34,144 bases of DNA from Candidatus Saccharibacteria bacterium UBA3829 (GCA_002393165.1 DGIF01000029.1:1-34144); one strand, 5' to 3'. Shown: positions 1 to 7,867, numbered from the stretch's first letter. Translations and numbers: made by a program. Notes: a model not told the origin generated them from the letters alone.

Positions 1-267
1 GTCAAAAATCTTAGATTTCGCCGGGATGAAGCCGTTTGGCATGAATTTTTGGACTTTTGTGGGGTCTGGGATCTCATAAAAGAGGAATGTACAATACGGT
101 TCGACTACAAAAGGCATTTTGGCGGCGGCTTTCGTGGCATTAGTGACAAGCTTCTTTTGGAGCCAAACTGGGAGCTTGGCAAGTTTGGTTTGCATATAAT
201 GCGTCTTGCCGACCATCATCGGATCGACGAGTTGCTCGACGCCTTTGGCATATTGTAATACGTTCAT
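1..267 (-). CDS. hypothetical protein, N-terminal part (runs off the left edge)
   Basis: Not in the ORF track. Open frame from ATG at 267 (MNVLQYAKGVEQLVDPMMVGKTHYMQ...MPFVVEPYCTFLFYEIPDP...) with no stop to position 1; TGCTACAAT -10 element 6 nt upstream. Confidence 0.7.
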   Translation of the reverse strand, partial: MNVLQYAKGVEQLVDPMMVGKTHYMQTKLAKLPVWLQKKLVTNATKAAAKMPFVVEPYCTFLFYEIPDPTKVQKFMPNGFIPAKSKIFD

Positions 268-286
268 GGTTTAATTGTAGCACAAC

Positions 287-310
287 AAAAAAGAGCGGGC
301 GACTCACTCT
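287..310 (-). terminator. putative intrinsic terminator of the tRNA-Ser(CGA) transcript
   Basis: Minus strand AGAGTG-agtcgcc-CGCTCT stem with one G-U pair, followed by a T run. Confidence 0.5.
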
Positions 311-324
311 ATGCTCTTAGTACG

Positions 325-345
325 TTGTGGCGGAAGCGAGAGGAT
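325..345 (-). repeat. 21-bp exact copy of the tRNA-Ser 3' end (att-like duplication, part of a minihelix)
   Basis: ttgtggcggaagcgagaggat at 325-345 is identical to 406-426. Confidence 0.9.
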
Positions 346-408
346 AAAATATCCTTATTGCTTCCTTTTAATTCGCTAAAACAAAGCAAGCTTTATTTTA
401 GCGACTTG

Positions 409-498
409 TGGCGGAAGCGAGAGGATTCGAACCTCCGAGAGTCTTGCGACCCCACACGATTTCGAGTCGTGCGCCTTCAACCACTCGGCCACGCTTCC
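409..498 (-). tRNA. tRNA-Ser(CGA)
   Basis: GGAAGCG acceptor stem, anticodon arm CACGA-CTCGAAA-TCGTG, long variable arm, GGTTCGAATCC T arm, encoded CCA. Confidence 0.96.
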
Positions 499-555
499 GT
501 GTGCAATTTTACCATATTTTCTTCAGTTTTCCAAGACTGATGCGACGCGCCGAAC

Positions 556-588
556 AAAAAGAGCTCGTGGCGCTAGCCACGAGCTCTT
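556..588 (-). terminator. intrinsic terminator of the 600-1097 gene
   Basis: Perfect 13-bp stem aagagctcgtggc/gccacgagctctt with a 4-nt loop; T tract on the minus strand. Confidence 0.85.
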
Positions 589-599
589 AAATTGCGCAT

Positions 600-1097
600 C
601 TAGCGCTGCTCGCAAGTCGTGTCTGAGTCCTCGAGGGCCTGCTGGACCTTGTCGGCAATTTCTTGCGCGGATTTGCCTTCGATGCCATAAGTGTGGACGA
701 TGCTGCTTACGCCAGTTTCACCAAACTTCATGGTGACGGTGAGGTTGTCGCCTTCGGTGTAAGAGTGATCGAAAGTACAATCATCGTCACACTGCTTCTG
801 GAAGCTCTCAGTGATCCCCTCTACGAGCGTCGATTCGTTTTTCTTGTAAAAATCGCTCATGTTTGTGAGGTCAACCTTCGTGGTCATGTCGCCGCCGAGT
901 ACTTTACCGCTCGTCACTTTCACATTGACTTTGCTCTCAGTATCGATGCCACTGACTTTCTTATTCATGACGCAAGAAACCGTCTTGTCGCCACCGCCGC
1001 CGAGCAAAACAACCAACAAGATTGCAACAGCGACAACTACCACGGCGCCAACTGAACAACCAATAATCAGGTTTTTCTTGGATTTTTTATCCTTCAT
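600..1097 (-). CDS. membrane-anchored extracytoplasmic hypothetical protein
   Basis: Lys-rich N-terminus, one hydrophobic helix, Gly linker, then a soluble domain with 4 Cys; AAGGA RBS and own terminator. Confidence 0.75.
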   Translation of the reverse strand: MKDKKSKKNLIIGCSVGAVVVVAVAILLVVLLGGGGDKTVSCVMNKKVSGIDTESKVNVKVTSGKVLGGDMTTKVDLTNMSDFYKKNESTLVEGITESFQKQCDDDCTFDHSYTEGDNLTVTMKFGETGVSSIVHTYGIEGKSAQEIADKVQQALEDSDTTCEQR

Positions 1098-1265
1098 GGG
1101 GATCCTTTCTTCGTGTTATTAACTGTCTCTTATTATAGCATGGGCTCTGCGAAATGCAAAAGAGGGAAATAATTCTCAAATTTTATGAAAATATGTTATA
1201 ATAGTGTGGTCACCTACGTGGTGATGCTCATTTAATTTCTAGGTGGATGTTATGCATCCACATTT

Positions 1266-1342
1266 GTGCCCGTAGCTCAGTTGGATAGAGCGTCAGCTTG
1301 CGGAGCTGAAGGTCACACGTTCGAATCGTGCCGGGCATACCA
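1266..1342 (+). tRNA. tRNA-Arg(GCG)
   Basis: GTGCCCG/CGGGCAT acceptor stem, anticodon arm TCAGC-TTGCGGA-GCTGA, GTTCGAATC T loop, encoded CCA. Confidence 0.93.
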
Positions 1343-1364
1343 TGCGTATCTGACGATATGCCAC

Positions 1365-1394
1365 AAAAGAAGACCCTTTGAAAGGTCTTATTTT
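1365..1394. terminator. likely bidirectional terminator between tRNA-Arg and the NUDIX gene
   Basis: aagacc/ggtctt stem flanked by A-rich and T-rich tracts, between convergent genes. Confidence 0.55.
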
Positions 1395-1399
1395 GTTGG

Positions 1400-1882
1400 T
1401 TAGTTGGCCGCGGTGCCTAGTACCTGATCGCACACATATCGATGCGCCTCGGTAGTGAGCTTCGTTGGCAGCTCGTTATTGTCAATCCAGAGGACGTCGG
1501 CGATTGATTTTTCTTTTTCGTCGCGCTCGTTTTGGGCGAGACTTTTTAGTTTGCCGTGCACAATGTGGCAGGTGATGTGGCGATTAACGTCTTTATGCGC
1601 AGCGTAAAAGTTGTCATAGAAAACCTCTGGCAGTTCTTCGATGATCTCGAGGTTGCTGTAGCCGGTCTCCTCTAGAACTTCTCTTTTTGCGGCCTCGGCT
1701 GGGGTTTCGTTGCCCTCGATGCCGCCCATCACGAAATCGATCCAGTTGAATTTTTTATTATTGACGCAAAGACATTTCTTGTCTGTGGGGTGCTCTACCA
1801 TGGCTATTACGACTTGGCGTTCGGTCATCGGCTTGTCCGGCCTAATCTCCGACGCGCCAGTGCCAAAGAATTCTTTTACCAT
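1400..1882 (-). CDS. NUDIX hydrolase
   Basis: Nudix box GGIEGNETPAEAAKREVLEETGY; start placed at the ATG at 1882, which follows a GGAGGAG RBS. Confidence 0.9.
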   Translation of the reverse strand: MVKEFFGTGASEIRPDKPMTERQVVIAMVEHPTDKKCLCVNNKKFNWIDFVMGGIEGNETPAEAAKREVLEETGYSNLEIIEELPEVFYDNFYAAHKDVNRHITCHIVHGKLKSLAQNERDEKEKSIADVLWIDNNELPTKLTTEAHRYVCDQVLGTAAN

Positions 1883-1959
1883 AACTCCTCCTTTTTTATA
1901 TGGTAGCATCTGAGGGCGTGTGGAGTCAATGCGGGGGGGAGTGAGTTGTTGCGGCAGTC

Positions 1960-1988
1960 TTGACTTTTTTAAGCATATGTGATATAAT
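1960..1988 (+). promoter_or_regulatory. sigma70-type promoter of the high-GC cassette
   Basis: TTGACT (1960-1965), 17-nt spacer, TATAAT (1983-1988) with TG extension. Confidence 0.8.
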
Positions 1989-1990
1989 GT

Positions 1991-2190
1991 AAGTATATTG
2001 AGGTGACTACCTGCACCCCATTAGATTTGGTGGTTTAGTCAGGTATTTAGAATATACTTCAATAGGCAGTTTAACTTTGCTTGTGTTAATAACGGCAGGG
2101 GGCCTTTTGGCTGGTTCGGTCTATTAGAATTAGTGGGTCGAACCAGCCAAAAGGCTGCGCCTTCATAGAAGGCGATCTTATCTTTAGGAG
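1991..2190 (+). ncRNA. putative structured 5' leader RNA or ncRNA of unknown family
   Basis: 25-bp hairpin at 2102-2155 (17 perfect pairs, then 8 pairs including 4 G-U), 7-bp hairpin at 2158-2174, nested stems at 1991-2059. Confidence 0.5.
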
Positions 2191-2198
2191 GAATCCAA

Positions 2199-2906
2199 AT
2201 GAAACCCAGAATCGCCCGATCCGCCCGAAAGTTCGTCATCTTCATCATCATCATCGCCCTGGTCGTGACTACGGCCGCCGCCAGCTACATGCTGTTCGGC
2301 AGTCGGCTCCGGCTCCCGGTCGTCGACCGCGGAGTCTTCGGCGTCGGCACCGTCAGCGGCCCCGTGGACCTGCTGGCCGCCGGCGGATCGTCGACCGCGG
2401 AAGCGACGTTCCCCTACGTCTCCCACCCGGAGCAGCTCCAGCTTGGGGAGTGCGGCGTCTGGTCGGACGGAGAAGTCCAGGCCGGGCGTATGGCCAGTTG
2501 GACGATCTCCCTCAACGACGAAACGGCTGGGGCTCAGCAGCTGTGCTGCAGTTTCCGGCTGTCCGGGCCCAATGTCCAGGCGGCGGCGGCCAAGCTGGTG
2601 CTGGCGGTGGAGATCACCGGTGGCCTCGAAGGAGGCCGCACGATCACCATCTACGCCGACGGCAGCGAGGCCATGGGCGACGGTCCCTGGTACGCTGCCG
2701 AGACCGGCGAGATGGTGACTCCTCAGTTCTTCCTGGGGACGGTGACGGAAGACACCGCTATCTCCGTCGGGGTCACCGCTTTCTCGATGGCGACAGAAGA
2801 AGTGCCGGGAGAATTTGCAATCAAGCTGGACGTCTGTCCGGAAGAGAACGCCCTCGGGCACATTCCGGTCGAGCCCATCCCGATCGAGATCCCCATTTCG
2901 CCCTGA
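2199..2906 (+). CDS. secreted or membrane-anchored hypothetical protein of anomalously high GC
   Basis: AGGAGG RBS; basic N-region plus hydrophobic stretch; GC-rich third codon positions in this frame; followed by terminators. Confidence 0.8.
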   Translation: MKPRIARSARKFVIFIIIIALVVTTAAASYMLFGSRLRLPVVDRGVFGVGTVSGPVDLLAAGGSSTAEATFPYVSHPEQLQLGECGVWSDGEVQAGRMASWTISLNDETAGAQQLCCSFRLSGPNVQAAAAKLVLAVEITGGLEGGRTITIYADGSEAMGDGPWYAAETGEMVTPQFFLGTVTEDTAISVGVTAFSMATEEVPGEFAIKLDVCPEENALGHIPVEPIPIEIPISP

Positions 2907-2930
2907 TCGCCTCGGCCCAAGCAAAAGAAC

Positions 2931-3002
2931 GGCGCGGCTCCGGCCGCGCCTTTCTCATGCACAAAAATCCCCTCGGGGCGCGGGAAACCGCGCCCCTTTT
3001 TT
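2931..3002 (+). terminator. tandem GC-rich intrinsic terminators
   Basis: ggcgcggc-tccg-gccgcgcc-ttt (2931-2953) and ggggcgcgg-gaaa-ccgcgcccc-tttttt (2975-3002). Confidence 0.85.
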
Positions 3003-3032
3003 CATGCTAAAAAATTTGGTATAATGATAGGG

Positions 3033-3590
3033 ATGAAGGTTTTGATGCACACCTGTTGCGCGCCGTGTTCGGTGTACTGTATAGATTCTTTGCGGGCGGA
3101 GGGAATAGAGCCGACGGTTTTTTGGTACAATCCGAACATTCATCCGTACATTGAGTACAAAACGCGGCGGGACTGTCTAAAAGATTATTGCAAGAGGGTT
3201 GGCACGGAAGCGATTTTTATTGAAGACTATGGGCTGGACGAGTTTTGCCGCAACGTGGTGTCTGACATCCCGGGCCGGTGCGTGAATTATTGCTACCGCA
3301 AGCGACTGACGGAGTGCGTACGATACGCCGCGAAACATGGTTACGACGCTTTTACGACGACACTACTCGTGTCGCCATACCAAAAACACGAGGAGCTAGT
3401 CAAGGTGTGCGAGGAACTGGCGGAACTGTCTGGAGCAAAGTTTTTGTACCGAGATTTTCGGGTGGGCTTTCGCGAGGGGCAGGCGAAAGCTAGGGAGCTG
3501 GGGCTGTATATGCAAAAATATTGCGGCTGCATTTTCTCGGAGGAAGATCGATACAAAAAACAGATTGAGAAGGATTTAAGCCTCGTCTGA
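3033..3590 (+). CDS. queH: epoxyqueuosine reductase QueH
   Basis: Motifs HTCCAPCS, YNPNIHP, RCxxCY and YMQKYCGCIFS. Confidence 0.92.
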   Translation: MKVLMHTCCAPCSVYCIDSLRAEGIEPTVFWYNPNIHPYIEYKTRRDCLKDYCKRVGTEAIFIEDYGLDEFCRNVVSDIPGRCVNYCYRKRLTECVRYAAKHGYDAFTTTLLVSPYQKHEELVKVCEELAELSGAKFLYRDFRVGFREGQAKARELGLYMQKYCGCIFSEEDRYKKQIEKDLSLV

Positions 3591-3615
3591 TATAATGTAA
3601 GGAAGGAGGCCCGAG

Positions 3616-4608
3616 ATGGACGAGAAGCGACTAGAAATTTACCAGGGTGCGGAGGGCGAAATTGTTTTTGACGTGGACGCCGAGCAAGAGACGATTTGGG
3701 CGACACAGGCGCAGATCGCTAATCTGTTTGGGGTGGACAGAACAGTAGTGGGTCGGCATCTTGGAAATATTTTCAAGGATCAGGAGCTGGACGAAAAACG
3801 AGTATGTGCGAAAAATGCACATACTGGAGCAGACGGCAAGACGTATCAGGTGAAGATGTATAATTTGGACGCCATTATCTCCGTGGGGTACCGAGTGAAT
3901 TCGAAGAAGGCAACGCAGTTTAGAATTTGGGCGACGTCGGTGCTACATGGCTATTTGACGGATGGCGTGGCAGTAAACGAGAGGCGGCTAAAGCTACTGG
4001 CGGAGCGGCAAGAATTAAAAAAGTTGCGCAACGTGGAGGAAGTGATTGGTTTGGTGCGGCGGCTGACGGCGCAAAGCGAGCTCAGCGCGGGGGAGGCGAA
4101 CGGAGTGCTAGAAGTGATCTCGCGCTACGCTGGAAGCTTTAAGACCCTGCAGGAGTATGATGGCGGGCGGATTGATCTTTCGTTTTTGAACCGGGCGAAG
4201 AAGGGAAAAGCTCTGACTATCGCCACGTGCGACCAGGCGATCGAGCAACTGAAAGCCAGTGTCGGGGGGTCTGAGCTGTTTGGTAAAAAGCGCGGCGGAG
4301 AATCGGCGAAAAATCTAGCGAGCTTGTTGCAGAGTTTTGAGGACGGGGAGCCGTACAAAAGTGTGCCGGAGAAGGCGGCGAACTTGCTATATTTCATAAT
4401 TAAGGAGCGACCATTTTACGATGGCAACAAGCGGATCGGCTCGCTGCTTTTCATCCTGTTTCTGACAATTAATAAATACCAGCTGACAACAAACGGCGAA
4501 ACCAAGATTTCGGACCGAGCGCTGACGGCGATTGCACTTTTGATCGCCGAGAGCGAGCCAAAAGAGAAGGATTTAATCGTATCATTAGTGTGCAAACTGC
4601 TAGAATAG
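3616..4608 (+). CDS. RhuM-family N-terminal domain fused to a Fic/Doc domain
   Basis: ETIWATQAQIANLF and YNLDAIISVGYRVNSKKATQFRIWA (RhuM); PFYDGNKRIG (Fic/Doc-like). Confidence 0.88.
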   Translation: MDEKRLEIYQGAEGEIVFDVDAEQETIWATQAQIANLFGVDRTVVGRHLGNIFKDQELDEKRVCAKNAHTGADGKTYQVKMYNLDAIISVGYRVNSKKATQFRIWATSVLHGYLTDGVAVNERRLKLLAERQELKKLRNVEEVIGLVRRLTAQSELSAGEANGVLEVISRYAGSFKTLQEYDGGRIDLSFLNRAKKGKALTIATCDQAIEQLKASVGGSELFGKKRGGESAKNLASLLQSFEDGEPYKSVPEKAANLLYFIIKERPFYDGNKRIGSLLFILFLTINKYQLTTNGETKISDRALTAIALLIAESEPKEKDLIVSLVCKLLE

Positions 4609-4650
4609 GTTATGTTTTGAATTTTAATTGAAAGGTGATAAACTAAAGGT

Positions 4651-5394
4651 ATGGAAAAGCAATCTCAAGTGAAGGCAAATAAAAAAGGTGGTGTGAAGAC
4701 AAAAGTCCAGCGACTGAAGGCCGGGATGTTAAAGACTTATTACGGGAACCCGACCAAAGACATGAAGGTGGTGGCAATTACTGGTACGACTGGCAAAACG
4801 ATAGTAGCCCACTATGTGCACGAGATCCTGAAGGCCTCCGGCGAACAGGTTGCGGTGCTAGCTTCAGACCAGCCGTTCAAGGTTGGGACTTTGCACAAGT
4901 TTTTGTCTGACGCTTGGAAGGCGGGTGCGAATGTGGTGATTGTCACGGTGCCGGCGGAGACCTTGCGAGATAACGTGTTCTATGGATTGCCGGTCCACGT
5001 TGCGGCGATGACTAATTTTGTGACTTCGTCGTTAAAAGATATGACGGCGGATGAGTTTATTGATTCGGAGAAAACTCTGTTTGACATGGCCCCAGAAATA
5101 GTGGTGATGAATCATGACGATGCGAATTATGAGAAGTTTGAAGATTTCCGAGGCAAGACGCAAACGCTGAATTATGGGCAAACTGGGCGGGACGTGAAAA
5201 TTCTGAATTCTAAGCTGTACCCGAAGGGAACGGAGGCGACATTGTCGCTTAGGACTGAGATTTTGTCGGTGGCGACATTTGTGCCGGGAGAGCCGGCAGT
5301 GTCCTACATGGCCTGCGCGACTGCCATTGCTAACGCGATGGGGATAAGCGTAGAAAAAATTGTCGACGGGCTAGCCGAGTACCAGCCAGAATAA
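4651..5394 (+). CDS. truncated Mur-ligase-like protein (central ATP-binding domain only)
   Basis: YYGNP..MKVVAITGTTGKT P-loop and MNHDD motif; no C-terminal ligand domain. Confidence 0.75.
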   Translation: MEKQSQVKANKKGGVKTKVQRLKAGMLKTYYGNPTKDMKVVAITGTTGKTIVAHYVHEILKASGEQVAVLASDQPFKVGTLHKFLSDAWKAGANVVIVTVPAETLRDNVFYGLPVHVAAMTNFVTSSLKDMTADEFIDSEKTLFDMAPEIVVMNHDDANYEKFEDFRGKTQTLNYGQTGRDVKILNSKLYPKGTEATLSLRTEILSVATFVPGEPAVSYMACATAIANAMGISVEKIVDGLAEYQPE

Positions 5395-6636
5395 CTATTT
5401 CTTCTTCAGTAATTGCTTAACTACTTTGATATCTTCAAATGGGTGCGGACCATCGGCGCGGAGAATGGTTTTTTCGTGACCTTTACCAAGAATTAAAACC
5501 AGGTCACCTTTTTTGGCTGAGTCGAGAGCGAGCTTGATGGCTTTTTTGCGGTCTAATTCTTTGAGGAGATCTTTGCCGAGAACTTTGCCTTCTTTTTCGG
5601 CACCTTCGATGAAGCCGCGAGCAATTGCCTCCGGATCTTCGTCGCGAGAGTCGTCTTCTGTGATGATAACTAGGTCCGAATAACGCGCAAGAATGCGACC
5701 GCGGACGGGGCGAGTCGCAGGATCACGACGGCCGGCGCCACCATGGAGAGAAATGATGCGACCCTTGTGGCCTTTGACGGAATCGAAAACTTTCTCGATG
5801 GCGTCCGGCGTATGGGCGTAGTCGACAATGACGGTGAACGGCTGGCCAGCGTCGATGATGTTCATGCGACCTTCGACAGAGTCTAGCGATTTGATGCCTT
5901 CGGCGATTTGCTTAGGCGTGAGGCCAAGTTTTTGCCCGACAAGTGCAGCAGCAAGGGAATTGTAAACGTTGAACTCGCCGGGGATTTTGGTCTCGATTTT
6001 TAAGTCACCACATGAATATTTCACGCCTTTTACGGACAGTTTGATGTCTTTTGCTTTGTTCTGGCCAGATTTTATACCATATGTGATATAGTTCTGGGTG
6101 AGGGTGCGGAAATATTCTGTCGCCGAGTCGTCGGCGTTTAGAATGCTAAACTTGGCTTTTTTGAAGAGCTTGCCTTTGGCGGCGCGATAATTGGCAAGGG
6201 TCTTATGGTAGTCAAGATGGTCATGCGTGAGGTTGGTAAAGACGGCGATCTCGAATGGAATGCCGAGGGTGCGAAACTCGGCCAGGGCATGCGAGGTAAC
6301 TTCGAGCACTAGGAACTCGGCGCCTTGATTTTTGATGTCCGCGATGCGCTGATTCAGAGTGGTTGCATCGACGGTGGTCATGTGATTTAGCTCTGGCTCT
6401 AGCTTATCCATGCCATGAGCGACTGTGGTCATGAGGCCAACTTTGTAGCCCGCGTGTCGCAGCATCTGCCAAATCATAAAACAGGTCGTAGTTTTGCCGT
6501 TGGTGCCGGTAACGCCGATCACGCGAAGGTGACTTGCGGGATGGCGATATTTTAGACCCGCCACTACGGATTGCGCAAAGTGGTAGGGAAGAACTGCCTG
6601 ATTATAAAAAGGGAGTTTTTCAAGTAATTGTTTCAT
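5395..6636 (-). CDS. murE: UDP-N-acetylmuramoyl-tripeptide synthetase MurE
   Basis: GVTGTNGKTTT, LEVTSHAL, NLTHDHLDYH, VDYAHTPD and GKGHE motifs. Confidence 0.93.
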   Translation of the reverse strand: MKQLLEKLPFYNQAVLPYHFAQSVVAGLKYRHPASHLRVIGVTGTNGKTTTCFMIWQMLRHAGYKVGLMTTVAHGMDKLEPELNHMTTVDATTLNQRIADIKNQGAEFLVLEVTSHALAEFRTLGIPFEIAVFTNLTHDHLDYHKTLANYRAAKGKLFKKAKFSILNADDSATEYFRTLTQNYITYGIKSGQNKAKDIKLSVKGVKYSCGDLKIETKIPGEFNVYNSLAAALVGQKLGLTPKQIAEGIKSLDSVEGRMNIIDAGQPFTVIVDYAHTPDAIEKVFDSVKGHKGRIISLHGGAGRRDPATRPVRGRILARYSDLVIITEDDSRDEDPEAIARGFIEGAEKEGKVLGKDLLKELDRKKAIKLALDSAKKGDLVLILGKGHEKTILRADGPHPFEDIKVVKQLLKKK

Positions 6637-6640
6637 AACT

Positions 6641-7867
6641 TTACCTATAATGTTTTAATGAGTCGATCGGATTCTTGGTGGCGGCCTTAATGGCTGGATA
6701 GATGCCGAAGAGAACACCGACAGCAAAAGTGGTGAGGAATACAGTTAAGATAATGTGCCAGCTAACAAATGGAGTAAACGGGGTGACGATGGAGACGAGG
6801 AAGGCAAAAATGTAACCAAGGATGATGCCGAGGAACCCGCCGAGGATCGAGAGAATCAGTGATTCAAACATAAATTGCATGAGAATGTTGCGCGAAGAGG
6901 CGCCGACGGCCTTGCGAATGCCGATTTCATGATTGCGCTCGGCAACGGAAACTAGCATGATGTTCATGACGCCAATGCCGCCAACGACGAGCGATACGCC
7001 AGCTACGACCGCCAGCATGCCAGAGATAATGGTCAGGAGAGCGCTGGCCGGGTGAGCAATCGCCTCGCCATAAGCCACGATAAAATTAGTGTCTCCAGAG
7101 TGTTGCTCGATCAGAGCAGTACGGATGGTTTCGGCCGTGGTGGCAAGTTCACCGGTGTTGGCAACTTTGACATTAATTTGCTGGACCTGGAGAGAACCGA
7201 TAAGATCATTCAGCACGTTAATATCCATCACTATAATATTATTATAGTCGGTATTATTAAAATTGACCGTATCCATAACTTCCTCAAGAACACCCACAAC
7301 CAGGAAGCGTTGGCCATGGAAGACAAGCGTGCGGCCGACTGGGTTGGAAGTATTGAAAAGATAGAGTGAAAGGGTATGGCCAATGACGATGGCGGTGTCT
7401 TTATTTTTATCGGTAATGGCGGAGCCGTAGCGGAAGGTGAGTGGATTAATGGTAAAGAAGTCTGGCGTGGTGCCGAGAATAGTAGCCGAAGCAACGACGT
7501 TGTCTTCGTCGTTAACAGTGACGACCGACTGAGCGATCGGGGCAGCAGCGACAACTTGCTCTAGTTCGGCAATGGTGGCGGCATCTTCAATCTGAAGGTT
7601 ACTGCGCTCGAAAGAGTTGGCCGAAGTAAGTTCTTCGATTACTGAGGTAAGTTCATCCTTGCTGGTGCTAGGGCGAACAACTATAAGGTCTTGGGAATTG
7701 CCGATTTCGCTGGTAATAAGGTTGGAAATGCTGCCAGTGAGGCTGAGGATTAAGATAATACTAGCGATGCCGATAGCAATACCAAGACAGGTCAGGAAAG
7801 AGCGGGTGCGGTTCTCCTTAATGGACGTGCGAGCGAGTCGAAGATGAGTTCGAACTAGTAATGACAT
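6641..7867 (-). CDS. MacB/FtsX-family ABC transporter permease
   Basis: RSFLTCLGIAIG and GGIGVMNIMLVSVAERNHEIGIRKAVGA motifs; 4 TM helices plus a large external loop. Confidence 0.92.
   Translation of the reverse strand: MSLLVRTHLRLARTSIKENRTRSFLTCLGIAIGIASIILILSLTGSISNLITSEIGNSQDLIVVRPSTSKDELTSVIEELTSANSFERSNLQIEDAATIAELEQVVAAAPIAQSVVTVNDEDNVVASATILGTTPDFFTINPLTFRYGSAITDKNKDTAIVIGHTLSLYLFNTSNPVGRTLVFHGQRFLVVGVLEEVMDTVNFNNTDYNNIIVMDINVLNDLIGSLQVQQINVKVANTGELATTAETIRTALIEQHSGDTNFIVAYGEAIAHPASALLTIISGMLAVVAGVSLVVGGIGVMNIMLVSVAERNHEIGIRKAVGASSRNILMQFMFESLILSILGGFLGIILGYIFAFLVSIVTPFTPFVSWHIILTVFLTTFAVGVLFGIYPAIKAATKNPIDSLKHYR

Noticed and set aside
49-258. 69-aa + strand ORF
   Set aside because: Overlaps a better-supported minus-strand gene that has an ATG and a -10 element.
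325-590. ORFs 325-540 and 408-590 (+)
   Set aside because: Antisense shadows of tRNA-Ser and its duplicated 3' end.
2184-3010. Long alternative ORFs 2184-2924(-) and 2450-3010(+)
   Set aside because: Expected stop-codon scarcity in high-GC DNA; RBS, signal peptide and terminators support 2199-2906(+).
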